A program made the translations under genes and the position numbers. A DNA stretch of 38,175 nt, from NCBI GenBank assembly GCA_040390775.1, contig JAZJXR010000025.1, positions 1 through 38,175 on the forward strand, written 5' to 3'. Below, piece after piece: positions 32,156 through 38,175 of this stretch. The notes under the pieces were generated by a model, which saw only the letters and a program-made list of their open reading frames with translations, was not told the origin of the DNA and searched no databases. Within the stretch, counting starts at the first letter, position 1. Each line of letters opens with the position of its first letter. The stretch is from Patescibacteria group bacterium (lineage in GTDB: Bacteria > Patescibacteriota > Minisyncoccia > Phycocordibacterales > CAIRYW01).

Positions 32156-32424
32156 ATAAATTATGCATTATCTGCAAGCATACTCCTTGCTATGTCAAAT
32201 CACCTTGTATCACTCATCAAGGTATTCTAACAAAATCAGAGATAGAAGAATTGGATGCTAAATATCCTGATAACAATACAATCATCGGACCCGATACTCT
32301 ACTGTTTTGTTGGCAAAAAGCTCGGTTGAACAAAGATTGGATAAGAGCTGATGAAATAAAGGTTGAGGGTGGAGCACTAGGATTCAAAGTAGCTTTTTGT
32401 GGGACACACTACGAAATCCATTAA
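32152..32424 (+). CDS. Small Cys-rich protein whose C-terminal half resembles the C-terminal extension of cysteinyl-tRNA synthetase
   Basis: WQKARLNKDWIRADEIKVEGGALGFKV compares with the CysRS end AR..KD(W/F)..AD.IR..L...G. This is a weak similarity seen by eye. Confidence 0.5.
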   Translation: MNKLCIICKHTPCYVKSPCITHQGILTKSEIEELDAKYPDNNTIIGPDTLLFCWQKARLNKDWIRADEIKVEGGALGFKVAFCGTHYEIH

Positions 32425-32504
32425 AAGGATAGGATAACTTACGTGCTGGCAATACTTTTTTAGTATAAACTTTGAATGGCAACGCTCTTCATTGAAAGGA
32501 AAAT

Positions 32505-32624
32505 ATGCAAATACTATTCATCATAGCGAGCATGTTCTACTACGCGGATGATGGAGAATGGGATTTCAGCCGCGCTGACATTCCACCACCCACCACCGAG
32601 AATCAAGGGGTCTACATACCATAG
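32505..32624 (+). CDS. Speculative small ORF (39 aa)
   Basis: ATG preceded by AGGA. It fills the gap before 32631. Confidence 0.3.
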   Translation: MQILFIIASMFYYADDGEWDFSRADIPPPTTENQGVYIP

Positions 32625-32630
32625 CCAATC

Positions 32631-32834
32631 ATGTATGAATGCCTTAATTGTGGTGGTGTTTTTGAAGGAGAACCCCACGCAACTACTCGTGATGGTGATT
32701 TCCATTCCTTCGCTTGCTTAGACGATCATCGCCAAGAGATCGCCTTGTCGTATGTGACTTCTTCACCCGAAGAAGAGGGAGATTTTGGAATCTTTAGCCA
32801 ACACTTCCATGCCTACAATCACGCATCATCTTGA
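32631..32834 (+). CDS. Small zinc-ribbon-like protein (67 aa)
   Basis: CLNCGG....HSFAC. Confidence 0.5.
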   Translation: MYECLNCGGVFEGEPHATTRDGDFHSFACLDDHRQEIALSYVTSSPEEEGDFGIFSQHFHAYNHASS

Positions 32835-32841
32835 AAAGGAT

Positions 32842-32982
32842 ATGGGCCACAAAAGCTGGATTGCTCAATATCTTCATGCAAGGAGAGAAAGGCAAATCCA
32901 GAATTTGAGCGCTCTCGTAGAAAGGACAAAGACCCTTCCTTTCATTCCACGACGGTATCCCAAAAATGATAGTGCAGCATAA
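32842..32982 (+). CDS. Small basic protein (46 aa from ATG 32842)
   Basis: In frame with track ORF 32785. ATG 32842 follows AAGGA and avoids the overlap. A terminator follows. Confidence 0.35.
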   Translation: MGHKSWIAQYLHARRERQIQNLSALVERTKTLPFIPRRYPKNDSAA

Positions 32983-32988
32983 ACAAAA

Positions 32989-33024
32989 GCACCGCTAGCC
33001 TTTCGGCTGACGGTGCGATTTTAG
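32989..33024 (+). terminator. Rho-independent terminator
   Basis: GCACCGCTAGCC tttc GGCTGACGGTGC (12 positions, one mismatch, one G-U pair), followed by gaTTTT. Confidence 0.6.
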
Positions 33025-33061
33025 TTGCGCGCGGGTGCCTCTTTATTTTCGAGGACTTCTA

Positions 33062-33067
33062 TATAAT
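33062..33067 (+). promoter_or_regulatory. TATAAT -10 element after the terminator
   Basis: Perfect hexamer 31 nt upstream of ATG 33099, which has an AGGAG SD. No good -35. Confidence 0.3.
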
Positions 33068-33098
33068 AACACATAGTAAGAAAAGTACAATAGGAGAA

Positions 33099-33233
33099 AT
33101 GAAAACCGCCCGGCAAGAACGGGAGCTTTCGATAGAAAATGCTTTAGACAAAATTTCAAATTGTATATCTATGCCATCGCTGGCTAGTGAGATTCAGAAA
33201 GAGCAAGCTTGCTGTATAATCATATCACGATAA
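33099..33233 (+). CDS. Small protein (44 aa)
   Basis: One of the few genes with a clear SD (tAGGAGaaATG). Confidence 0.4.
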   Translation: MKTARQERELSIENALDKISNCISMPSLASEIQKEQACCIIISR

Positions 33234-33235
33234 AA

Positions 33236-33442
33236 ATGAGCGACGATTTATACAAACCATATATACCCAGCTTGGATCAAATATTTAGAAAGCACAATCA
33301 CTGGATGGATCTATACGCCGACAGGGATCACATACTTGCCATTACATTCGAGCGCGCTAAGGAGCTCGTGGATCAAAACATCTGGGAAACCGAAAAGAAG
33401 AAGTACTACGTGATGCTGCCTAAGATATGGCCAAAGAAATAA
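33236..33442 (+). CDS. Hypothetical protein (68 aa from ATG 33236)
   Basis: In frame with the TTG-initiated track ORF 33209. Confidence 0.5.
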   Translation: MSDDLYKPYIPSLDQIFRKHNHWMDLYADRDHILAITFERAKELVDQNIWETEKKKYYVMLPKIWPKK

Positions 33443-33789
33443 GATTCAAGATAGAGGGCCTCGTACCAAGTAAAAAGAATAAAGTGCGCCATAGATTCGG
33501 TGGTGGAGGATTCTATGATCCAGAAACTCGGCGTGAGATAGATTGGCTCGTGATGCAGCTACGCTCCAAGGCCCCAAAAGAGACATTTAAGTGCGAAATG
33601 GAGGTACACACTGAAATACATACTAACCGGCGCCAAGACGGCGACAATGCCCATACAACCATCCTAGACTGCCTCCAAAGCGCCGGGATCATCAAGAATG
33701 ACAAAGATATCATCCGAGGCTCATGGGAGCGCAAAACTGTAAAAACTATCGAAGAGTGCAAAGTGTGGATAACTATTTGCTTGCTATAA
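33427..33789 (+). CDS. rusA: RusA-like Holliday junction resolvase
   Basis: LVPSKKNK near the N-terminus. NRRQDGDNAHTTILDCLQSAGIIKNDKDI matches the RusA acidic core ([29 protein letters not shown]). Confidence 0.65.
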   Translation: MAKEIRFKIEGLVPSKKNKVRHRFGGGGFYDPETRREIDWLVMQLRSKAPKETFKCEMEVHTEIHTNRRQDGDNAHTTILDCLQSAGIIKNDKDIIRGSWERKTVKTIEECKVWITICLL

Positions 33790-33816
33790 AATATGTAGAA
33801 CATATAATACACATAC

Positions 33817-34038
33817 ATGAAGGCAAAAATAAAACCAAAAGCTAGGAATTATTCTCAAGCACTGATGGAGCATGATTCCCTGCAGCGCATCAAATTGCTT
33901 TCTCTACAATCTGGCTGTAAGAATATGGTGGAATTTTTCCGGCATGTATCATTCATGAATCCATCCGATATTTCGCACTTCATGGAGATAAACGTGCGAG
34001 ATGCGAAGAAGTGGAAAGGATCTAACGGTATATCATGA
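33817..34038 (+). CDS. Hypothetical protein (73 aa)
   Basis: ATG ORF with an ATGA overlap downstream. Confidence 0.5.
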   Translation: MKAKIKPKARNYSQALMEHDSLQRIKLLSLQSGCKNMVEFFRHVSFMNPSDISHFMEINVRDAKKWKGSNGIS

Positions 34039-34322
34039 TTTCATACGAACTAGCCAAAAAACTGAAAGATGCAGGATTTCCATTTCTTTTACTTCCTTTT
34101 GAACTTTTTCATCAGAAAGAGCGAGCAATAGAGACTCTAAACGGAATTGAAATTGACAGTGAATTTTATAGAATCCCCCTCCTCTCCGAACTCATAGAGG
34201 CAATAGGTGAAAATTTTTGGCAATTACTTAGATATACTGTCGGATTTTGGGCATGTTCGTATCCTTTAGGAATTCTAGCGAAGCCCATAATTTGTAATGG
34301 AATGACCCCGAAGAAGCCGTAG
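34035..34322 (+). CDS. YELAKKLKDAGFP family, paralogue 2, with a frameshifted 3' end
   Basis: The conserved tail PEEAVANLYLVINKTND lies in the -1 frame (to 34360). The C run at 34306-09 has 4 C, against 5 C at 31993-97 in paralogue 1. Confidence 0.5.
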   Translation: MISYELAKKLKDAGFPFLLLPFELFHQKERAIETLNGIEIDSEFYRIPLLSELIEAIGENFWQLLRYTVGFWACSYPLGILAKPIICNGMTPKKP

Positions 34323-34352
34323 CAAATCTTTATTTAGTAATAAACAAAACAA

Positions 34353-34643
34353 ATGATTGAAACAACTCTAGTAAAAGGAACAACGAGTCAACCGGACCTC
34401 CTGCTCTTGAAAGTAATATTGGATGATAACTTATATGTCGCCTTGATGAGAGGAGAAATGTCGGGCATCGGGGATAAGATTGTGGAAAAGATTGCCGAGC
34501 ATATCCTGCCGGAAATGGAGCAAAGGGTGCTCTCTGACCCTACGTTCAAAGATAGGGTAATTGGGGATATTCTGATACGGATAGCAAATAGATTGGCAGA
34601 CAAAGGATTTTTAGAGAAAAAGCAAAACGATGGGAAAGTGTAA
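34353..34643 (+). CDS. Hypothetical protein (96 aa)
   Basis: ATG ORF. No motif recognised. Confidence 0.55.
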   Translation: MIETTLVKGTTSQPDLLLLKVILDDNLYVALMRGEMSGIGDKIVEKIAEHILPEMEQRVLSDPTFKDRVIGDILIRIANRLADKGFLEKKQNDGKV

Positions 34644-34758
34644 AAGATGCGGAGATTCTTTCGAATCTCATTACGATTCAAGCCAAGAGTATTGCGATAC
34701 ATGTTTAGAATTAATAGCAGAAGAGGGAGAAATCCCTAGAATATCAATAGATAAATAA
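34630..34758 (+). CDS. Small CxxC..CxxC zinc-ribbon protein (42 aa)
   Basis: MGKCKRCGDSFESHYDSSQEYCDTCLELIAEEGEIPRISIDK. It ends 4 nt before the chaperonin gene. Confidence 0.4.
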   Translation: MGKCKRCGDSFESHYDSSQEYCDTCLELIAEEGEIPRISIDK

Positions 34759-34762
34759 AATC

Positions 34763-36319
34763 ATGGCTGGAAAATCAAAAGTAATGAAGACAGGAGACGA
34801 AGCGCGAAGCAAGATCATGCAGGGAGTAGACCTGTACGCGGATGCTATCAAAATGACTCTTGGCCCGTGGGGCCAGAATGCCATTATGGGTATCCGCGGC
34901 GGCGATCCAGAGATCACAAACGATGGCAAAAAGATCGGAGACAATATCTCATCAAAGGATGAGCTTGTAGATCTCGGCATCCGCGCTATCCGTGGTGGTG
35001 TCAAAAAGACCAATGAAGAAATTGGTGACATGAGCTCGACTACTACAACTCTGATCCAATCTATCACCAAAGCTGTAATCAAAATGATGCCGAAAGGAGA
35101 TGTAGTAGCTGGCAAAAAGAGCATCATGCAGATACACAAACAGCTTGATGATGAATGTATCGACGTGATTGGGAAGCTTGAAGCGATGGCCGAAAACATT
35201 ACAACCGAAGAAGAGCTTGTCGGTGTGGTGCGCGCTTCCGTGGAAGATGAGAATTTGGCCGAAATGATTGGCAAGATGCAATGGAAAATCGGATCGGAAG
35301 GATCCATCATTCCAGAAGAAGTGAACGATGCCGAAACGACTATCGAGAGAATCAATGGTATCCGAATAGATAATGGATTCGGAACATCAAGCATCGTGAA
35401 TAATCTTGAGAAGCAAAGCTTAGAAATAAACGATGTGCGAATTATACTCACCAACTCTACATTCCAGAATCTGCAGCCAGTATTAAAATTGCTCGAGCAA
35501 ATAGTGAAGCTACGTAATAAAGATGGATCAACTGCTCGCGTGGCTATCCTTGGTCGAGGCTTTTCTGAAAATGCTATTAAAGCTTGTATGAAGAATCACG
35601 AAAATGGCTTCCAAGTATTTCCTATTAACGCTCCATATTTGAATCAGAATCAAATGCTGAAAGACATGGCAGCTGTGCTCGGCGGGACTTTCTTCAACGT
35701 GGAAGAGCGCGATCTCGAGGATATGCAGATGTCTGACGTAGGCTTTGCAGAAAAGATATCAGCAAGTAGATGGAGCGCGATATTTACTGGCACAGCGGAT
35801 CAAGAAGCGGCAGCGAGGATCTGTGGACGAGCGGAAGATCTTAAAAAGGAAATGGAGGGCGAGTCATCACTCTTCGAAAAGAAGCACATCCAAGCCAGAA
35901 TCGCACAACTAGAAAATGGCTTCGCTATCATCAAGGTAGGCGGATTGACGGAGCAGAACAGAAAATATAAGCGAGATAAGATAGAAGATGCTGTCAGCAC
36001 GGCCAGATTAGCTCTACAAGAAGGTGTGGTGCCCGGAGCTGGACTTGCGCTCAAGGCCGTGGCGGATGAACTGCCAGAAACAAGTGTGCTCAAAAAAGCC
36101 CTCAAAGTGCCCTACGAGCAAATCATGGCCAATGCTGGCGAAGACTTCACAGTAGAGCCATGGGTGAAGGATTCCTTCAAGAGCCTGCGCATCTCTATTC
36201 GAAACGCTATAGAGACGGCGAAAGATCTCTCAACTGCAGCAATCGCTATCAACCACGAAAACGAATTGACACAATTCGTGGCTAAGACTCCACAACCAGA
36301 ATCAGAAGGTGTACAATAA
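34763..36319 (+). CDS. groEL: GroEL-type (group I-like) chaperonin, divergent, 518 aa
   Basis: Collinear with GroEL by eye: TLGPWGQNAIM (TLGPKGRNVVL), ITNDGKKIG (ITKDGVSVA), GDMSSTTTTL (GDGTTTATVL), ARIAQLENGFAIIKVGGLTEQNRKYKRDKIEDAVSTARLALQEGVVPGAGLAL ([53 protein letters not shown]). No GGM tail. Confidence 0.85.
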   Translation: MAGKSKVMKTGDEARSKIMQGVDLYADAIKMTLGPWGQNAIMGIRGGDPEITNDGKKIGDNISSKDELVDLGIRAIRGGVKKTNEEIGDMSSTTTTLIQSITKAVIKMMPKGDVVAGKKSIMQIHKQLDDECIDVIGKLEAMAENITTEEELVGVVRASVEDENLAEMIGKMQWKIGSEGSIIPEEVNDAETTIERINGIRIDNGFGTSSIVNNLEKQSLEINDVRIILTNSTFQNLQPVLKLLEQIVKLRNKDGSTARVAILGRGFSENAIKACMKNHENGFQVFPINAPYLNQNQMLKDMAAVLGGTFFNVEERDLEDMQMSDVGFAEKISASRWSAIFTGTADQEAAARICGRAEDLKKEMEGESSLFEKKHIQARIAQLENGFAIIKVGGLTEQNRKYKRDKIEDAVSTARLALQEGVVPGAGLALKAVADELPETSVLKKALKVPYEQIMANAGEDFTVEPWVKDSFKSLRISIRNAIETAKDLSTAAIAINHENELTQFVAKTPQPESEGVQ

Positions 36320-36345
36320 CGGCATTAAAAGCCAATTGTAAAAAC

Positions 36346-36552
36346 ATGGCAAAACTCACAACAAAAGCAAGAAAGAAATTATCAAAGAAATCTTTTGCTA
36401 TTCCTAGCAAGAAAGCCTATCCAATCGAAGACAAGGCGCACGCTAGAAATGCTCTGGCGCGAGTATCTCAATTCGGATCGCCAGCACAGAAAGCAAAAGT
36501 GCGAGCAGCTGTGCATGCAAAATTCCCTAGTATTGGTAAAAATAAAAAATAA
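36346..36552 (+). CDS. Small basic protein (68 aa) with a YPI..D..HARNALAR motif
   Basis: ATG ORF, Lys-rich. The motif recurs in small phage proteins as I recall it, but I cannot name the family. Confidence 0.55.
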   Translation: MAKLTTKARKKLSKKSFAIPSKKAYPIEDKAHARNALARVSQFGSPAQKAKVRAAVHAKFPSIGKNKK

Positions 36553-36553
36553 A

Positions 36554-36697
36554 ATGGCATACAAAAGCAAAGCACAAGAAGCATGGGCGCATACGCCGAA
36601 AGGAATCAAAGCTCTTGGGGGTAAAGCCAAGGTGGCTGAATGGGATCGCGCTAGCAAAGGTATGAAACTTCCAAAGAAAGTGAAGAAAAAGAAATGA
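36554..36697 (+). CDS. Small basic protein (47 aa)
   Basis: MAYKSKAQEAWAHTPKGIKALGGKAKVAEWDRASKGMKLPKKVKKKK. The track ORF 36395 is an upstream extension overlapping 36346..36552. Confidence 0.45.
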   Translation: MAYKSKAQEAWAHTPKGIKALGGKAKVAEWDRASKGMKLPKKVKKKK

Positions 36698-36852
36698 GAA
36701 ATAAACATCCTAAAAGAGAAATGGCAATCAAGATGCTCTCACAAGAAGAAAGGGCGCGGGGTACTTCGGTATTCAACAGCGTAGCGTGGATTCATCGAAA
36801 GCTCGGTATCGTCGCATATCTGCGAAAAAAACATCCTGTAGTGTACATATAA
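36694..36852 (+). CDS. Small protein (52 aa)
   Basis: ATGA overlap with the upstream stop. It ends 7 nt before terS. Confidence 0.4.
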   Translation: MRNKHPKREMAIKMLSQEERARGTSVFNSVAWIHRKLGIVAYLRKKHPVVYI

Positions 36853-36859
36853 AATCAAT

Positions 36860-37333
36860 ATGAAAACAAAGACTAAAAAAATTGAAACGTCTAAAAAGAA
36901 AAGCAAAAAACATCAGATAGAGGATATCACTGATATTTTATCGGAAAGGCAAGCGCTCTTCGCTATTCTGTATACCACTGATAAAACATGCTTTGGCAAT
37001 GCTACTTTGGCATACAAGCGTGCATATAATTTAAAAGATTCGCAGTACAACGCGGCAGGGGTTTCTGCTTATCATCTCCTAAGAAATCCTAAAATGCAGG
37101 CATTTATAAAGAAATTTCTGCAAGATCGCTTCAATAGCGCCTCTATTGATAATGAAATATCAAAAGTGGCAACTCAAGATAGAGATCTCCATGCCAAGAT
37201 GCGCGCTATAGAAGAATTTAATAAATTAAAACAGCGAATCACGGATACTCCGATCACTATCAATATGCCTAGCCCTCTTTTAAATGCCCTATTCCATAAC
37301 AACCGCAACGCGAAAGCTAGCGCAGCTAAATAA
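36860..37333 (+). CDS. terS: Terminase small subunit
   Basis: Lys-rich N-terminus followed by the HTH-like LSERQALFAILYTTDKTCFGNATLAYKRAY..AAGVSAYHLLRNPKMQAFI typical of small terminases. Lies directly upstream of terL and overlaps it. Confidence 0.6.
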   Translation: MKTKTKKIETSKKKSKKHQIEDITDILSERQALFAILYTTDKTCFGNATLAYKRAYNLKDSQYNAAGVSAYHLLRNPKMQAFIKKFLQDRFNSASIDNEISKVATQDRDLHAKMRAIEEFNKLKQRITDTPITINMPSPLLNALFHNNRNAKASAAK

Positions 37334-38175
37334 GAGAATCCGCGCAACGCCAGGGGGAACATCTGCGGGCAAGACTATTTCTTGGCTCTCAATTCTGATT
37401 CATCTGGCCCAAAGCGACAAAACACCCACAACGACAAGCATCGTATCGGAATCATTTCCCCATCTCGCCCGCGGCGCTGAAAAAGATTTCCTTTCCATTC
37501 TCAAAGAACAGAATTACTATCAAGAAAAAAGATGGAATAGGACTATCCATACATACACGTTTGAGACTGGCAGCAAAATAGAATTCTTTAGTGTAGATCA
37601 GCCATCAAAAGTGCGCGGGCCAAGGCGTGACCGGCTATTCATAAATGAGGCCAATAACGTAGATTATGAGACATTCGAACAGCTGGAAATTCGTACCAAA
37701 GAATTCATCGCCCTTGACTGGAATCCTACGAATGAATTTTGGTATTACACTGAAATCCAAGGGCGCCGAGACGATACGGATGAATGCGTGCTTACATATC
37801 TTGATAATGAAGCGCTGGATCCAGCCATTATTGCTACGATTGAAATGCGAAGGAATCGCAAAGGCTGGTGGCAAGTGTACGGCCTTGGCCAGCTCGGCGA
37901 AGTGGAAGGCAAGATCTATAAAGATTGGCAGATTATTGAAGAAATACCGCATGAAGCGCGCCTTGAGCGCTATGGCCTAGACTTTGGATACTCTAATGAT
38001 CCGACAGCCATTACCGCCATTTATTACTACAACGGAGGCTATATCCTCGACGAAATTTGTTTCCTCAAGGGACTTTCGAATAAGCAGATCGCTGATACTT
38101 TGCTTGCCGTAAAAGATGCTCTTGTGATTGCCGATTCAGCCGAGCCGAAATCTATCGATGAAATTAGAAGCTATG
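37284..38175 (+). CDS. terL: Terminase large subunit, 5' part (ATPase domain), open at the window end
   Basis: ATG 37284 immediately follows in-frame TAA 37281-83. Walker A is GGTSAGKT (37353-76), DRLFINEA is Walker B-like, and YGLDFGYSNDPTA marks the start of the nuclease domain. There is no stop before base 38175. It is missing from the ORF track because it runs off the end. Confidence 0.85.
   Translation, partial: MPYSITTATRKLAQLNKRIRATPGGTSAGKTISWLSILIHLAQSDKTPTTTSIVSESFPHLARGAEKDFLSILKEQNYYQEKRWNRTIHTYTFETGSKIEFFSVDQPSKVRGPRRDRLFINEANNVDYETFEQLEIRTKEFIALDWNPTNEFWYYTEIQGRRDDTDECVLTYLDNEALDPAIIATIEMRRNRKGWWQVYGLGQLGEVEGKIYKDWQIIEEIPHEARLERYGLDFGYSNDPTAITAIYYYNGGYILDEICFLKGLSNKQIADTLLAVKDALVIADSAEPKSIDEIRSY

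Noticed and set aside
32425-32504. 80-nt gap containing GGATAGGATAAC (DnaA-box-like) and TATAAA, considered as another promoter or binding site.
   Set aside because: The box has 2 or more mismatches, no acceptable -35 lies at 16-18-nt spacing, and there is no repeat partner elsewhere. The evidence is too weak to report as a feature.
36395-36697. Longer track ORFs that extend small genes upstream: 36395..36697, 30978..31376, 30477..30707, 30089..30547, 33209..33442, 32785..32982, 28867..29085 and 26576..27016.
   Set aside because: The extensions overlap the preceding gene in another frame and start at GTG or TTG. Internal ATGs sit at or 1-2 nt after the upstream stop (often as ATGA), which fits the packing rule seen throughout the genome.
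1-38175. Search for tRNA genes, CRISPR arrays, integrase or repressor lysogeny modules, transposases and a reverse transcriptase (DGR) that might target the repetitive fibre genes.
   Set aside because: I saw no T-loop-type GGTTCGAAT/GTTCAAAT contexts outside coding frames and no spaced direct-repeat array. No ORF has tyrosine or serine recombinase, DDE or RT motifs. The fibre repeats are divergent in-frame duplications with no template-repeat partner.

Overview
The window appears to be one complete, circular or circularly permuted genome of a tailed phage (38,175 bp). All convincing genes are on the + strand. The large terminase ORF starts at 37284, runs off the 3' end and continues in frame at base 1, ending at 260. 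Gene order: terS-terL, a HAD-like insert, a portal (T7-connector-like), scaffold, major capsid, about 17 kb of tail and internal-virion genes (including 1638-aa and 1053-aa proteins), then a lysis block (22.7-25.5 kb) with three wall-hydrolase types. A 390-bp non-coding region follows (25517-25906). After it comes an early region of about 45 small genes, many joined by ATGA overlaps, including NinG/Rap-like and RusA-like resolvases and a full-length GroEL-type chaperonin. I saw no polymerase, primase, helicase, recombinase, integrase, tRNA, CRISPR array or reverse transcriptase. The most interesting candidate system is a DnaA domain IV-HNH nuclease fusion (25907-26494). It sits next to an origin-like region with clustered DnaA boxes, TAATCA iterons and a promoter-hairpin-terminator unit, and DnaA-box-like 14-mers recur in other non-coding gaps. 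Other oddities are Sec-type signal peptides on virion-module proteins, -10-like hexamers exactly 6 nt before several ATGs, near absence of Shine-Dalgarno sequences, and a frameshifted paralogue. All functional calls come from motif recognition by eye, with no database search.
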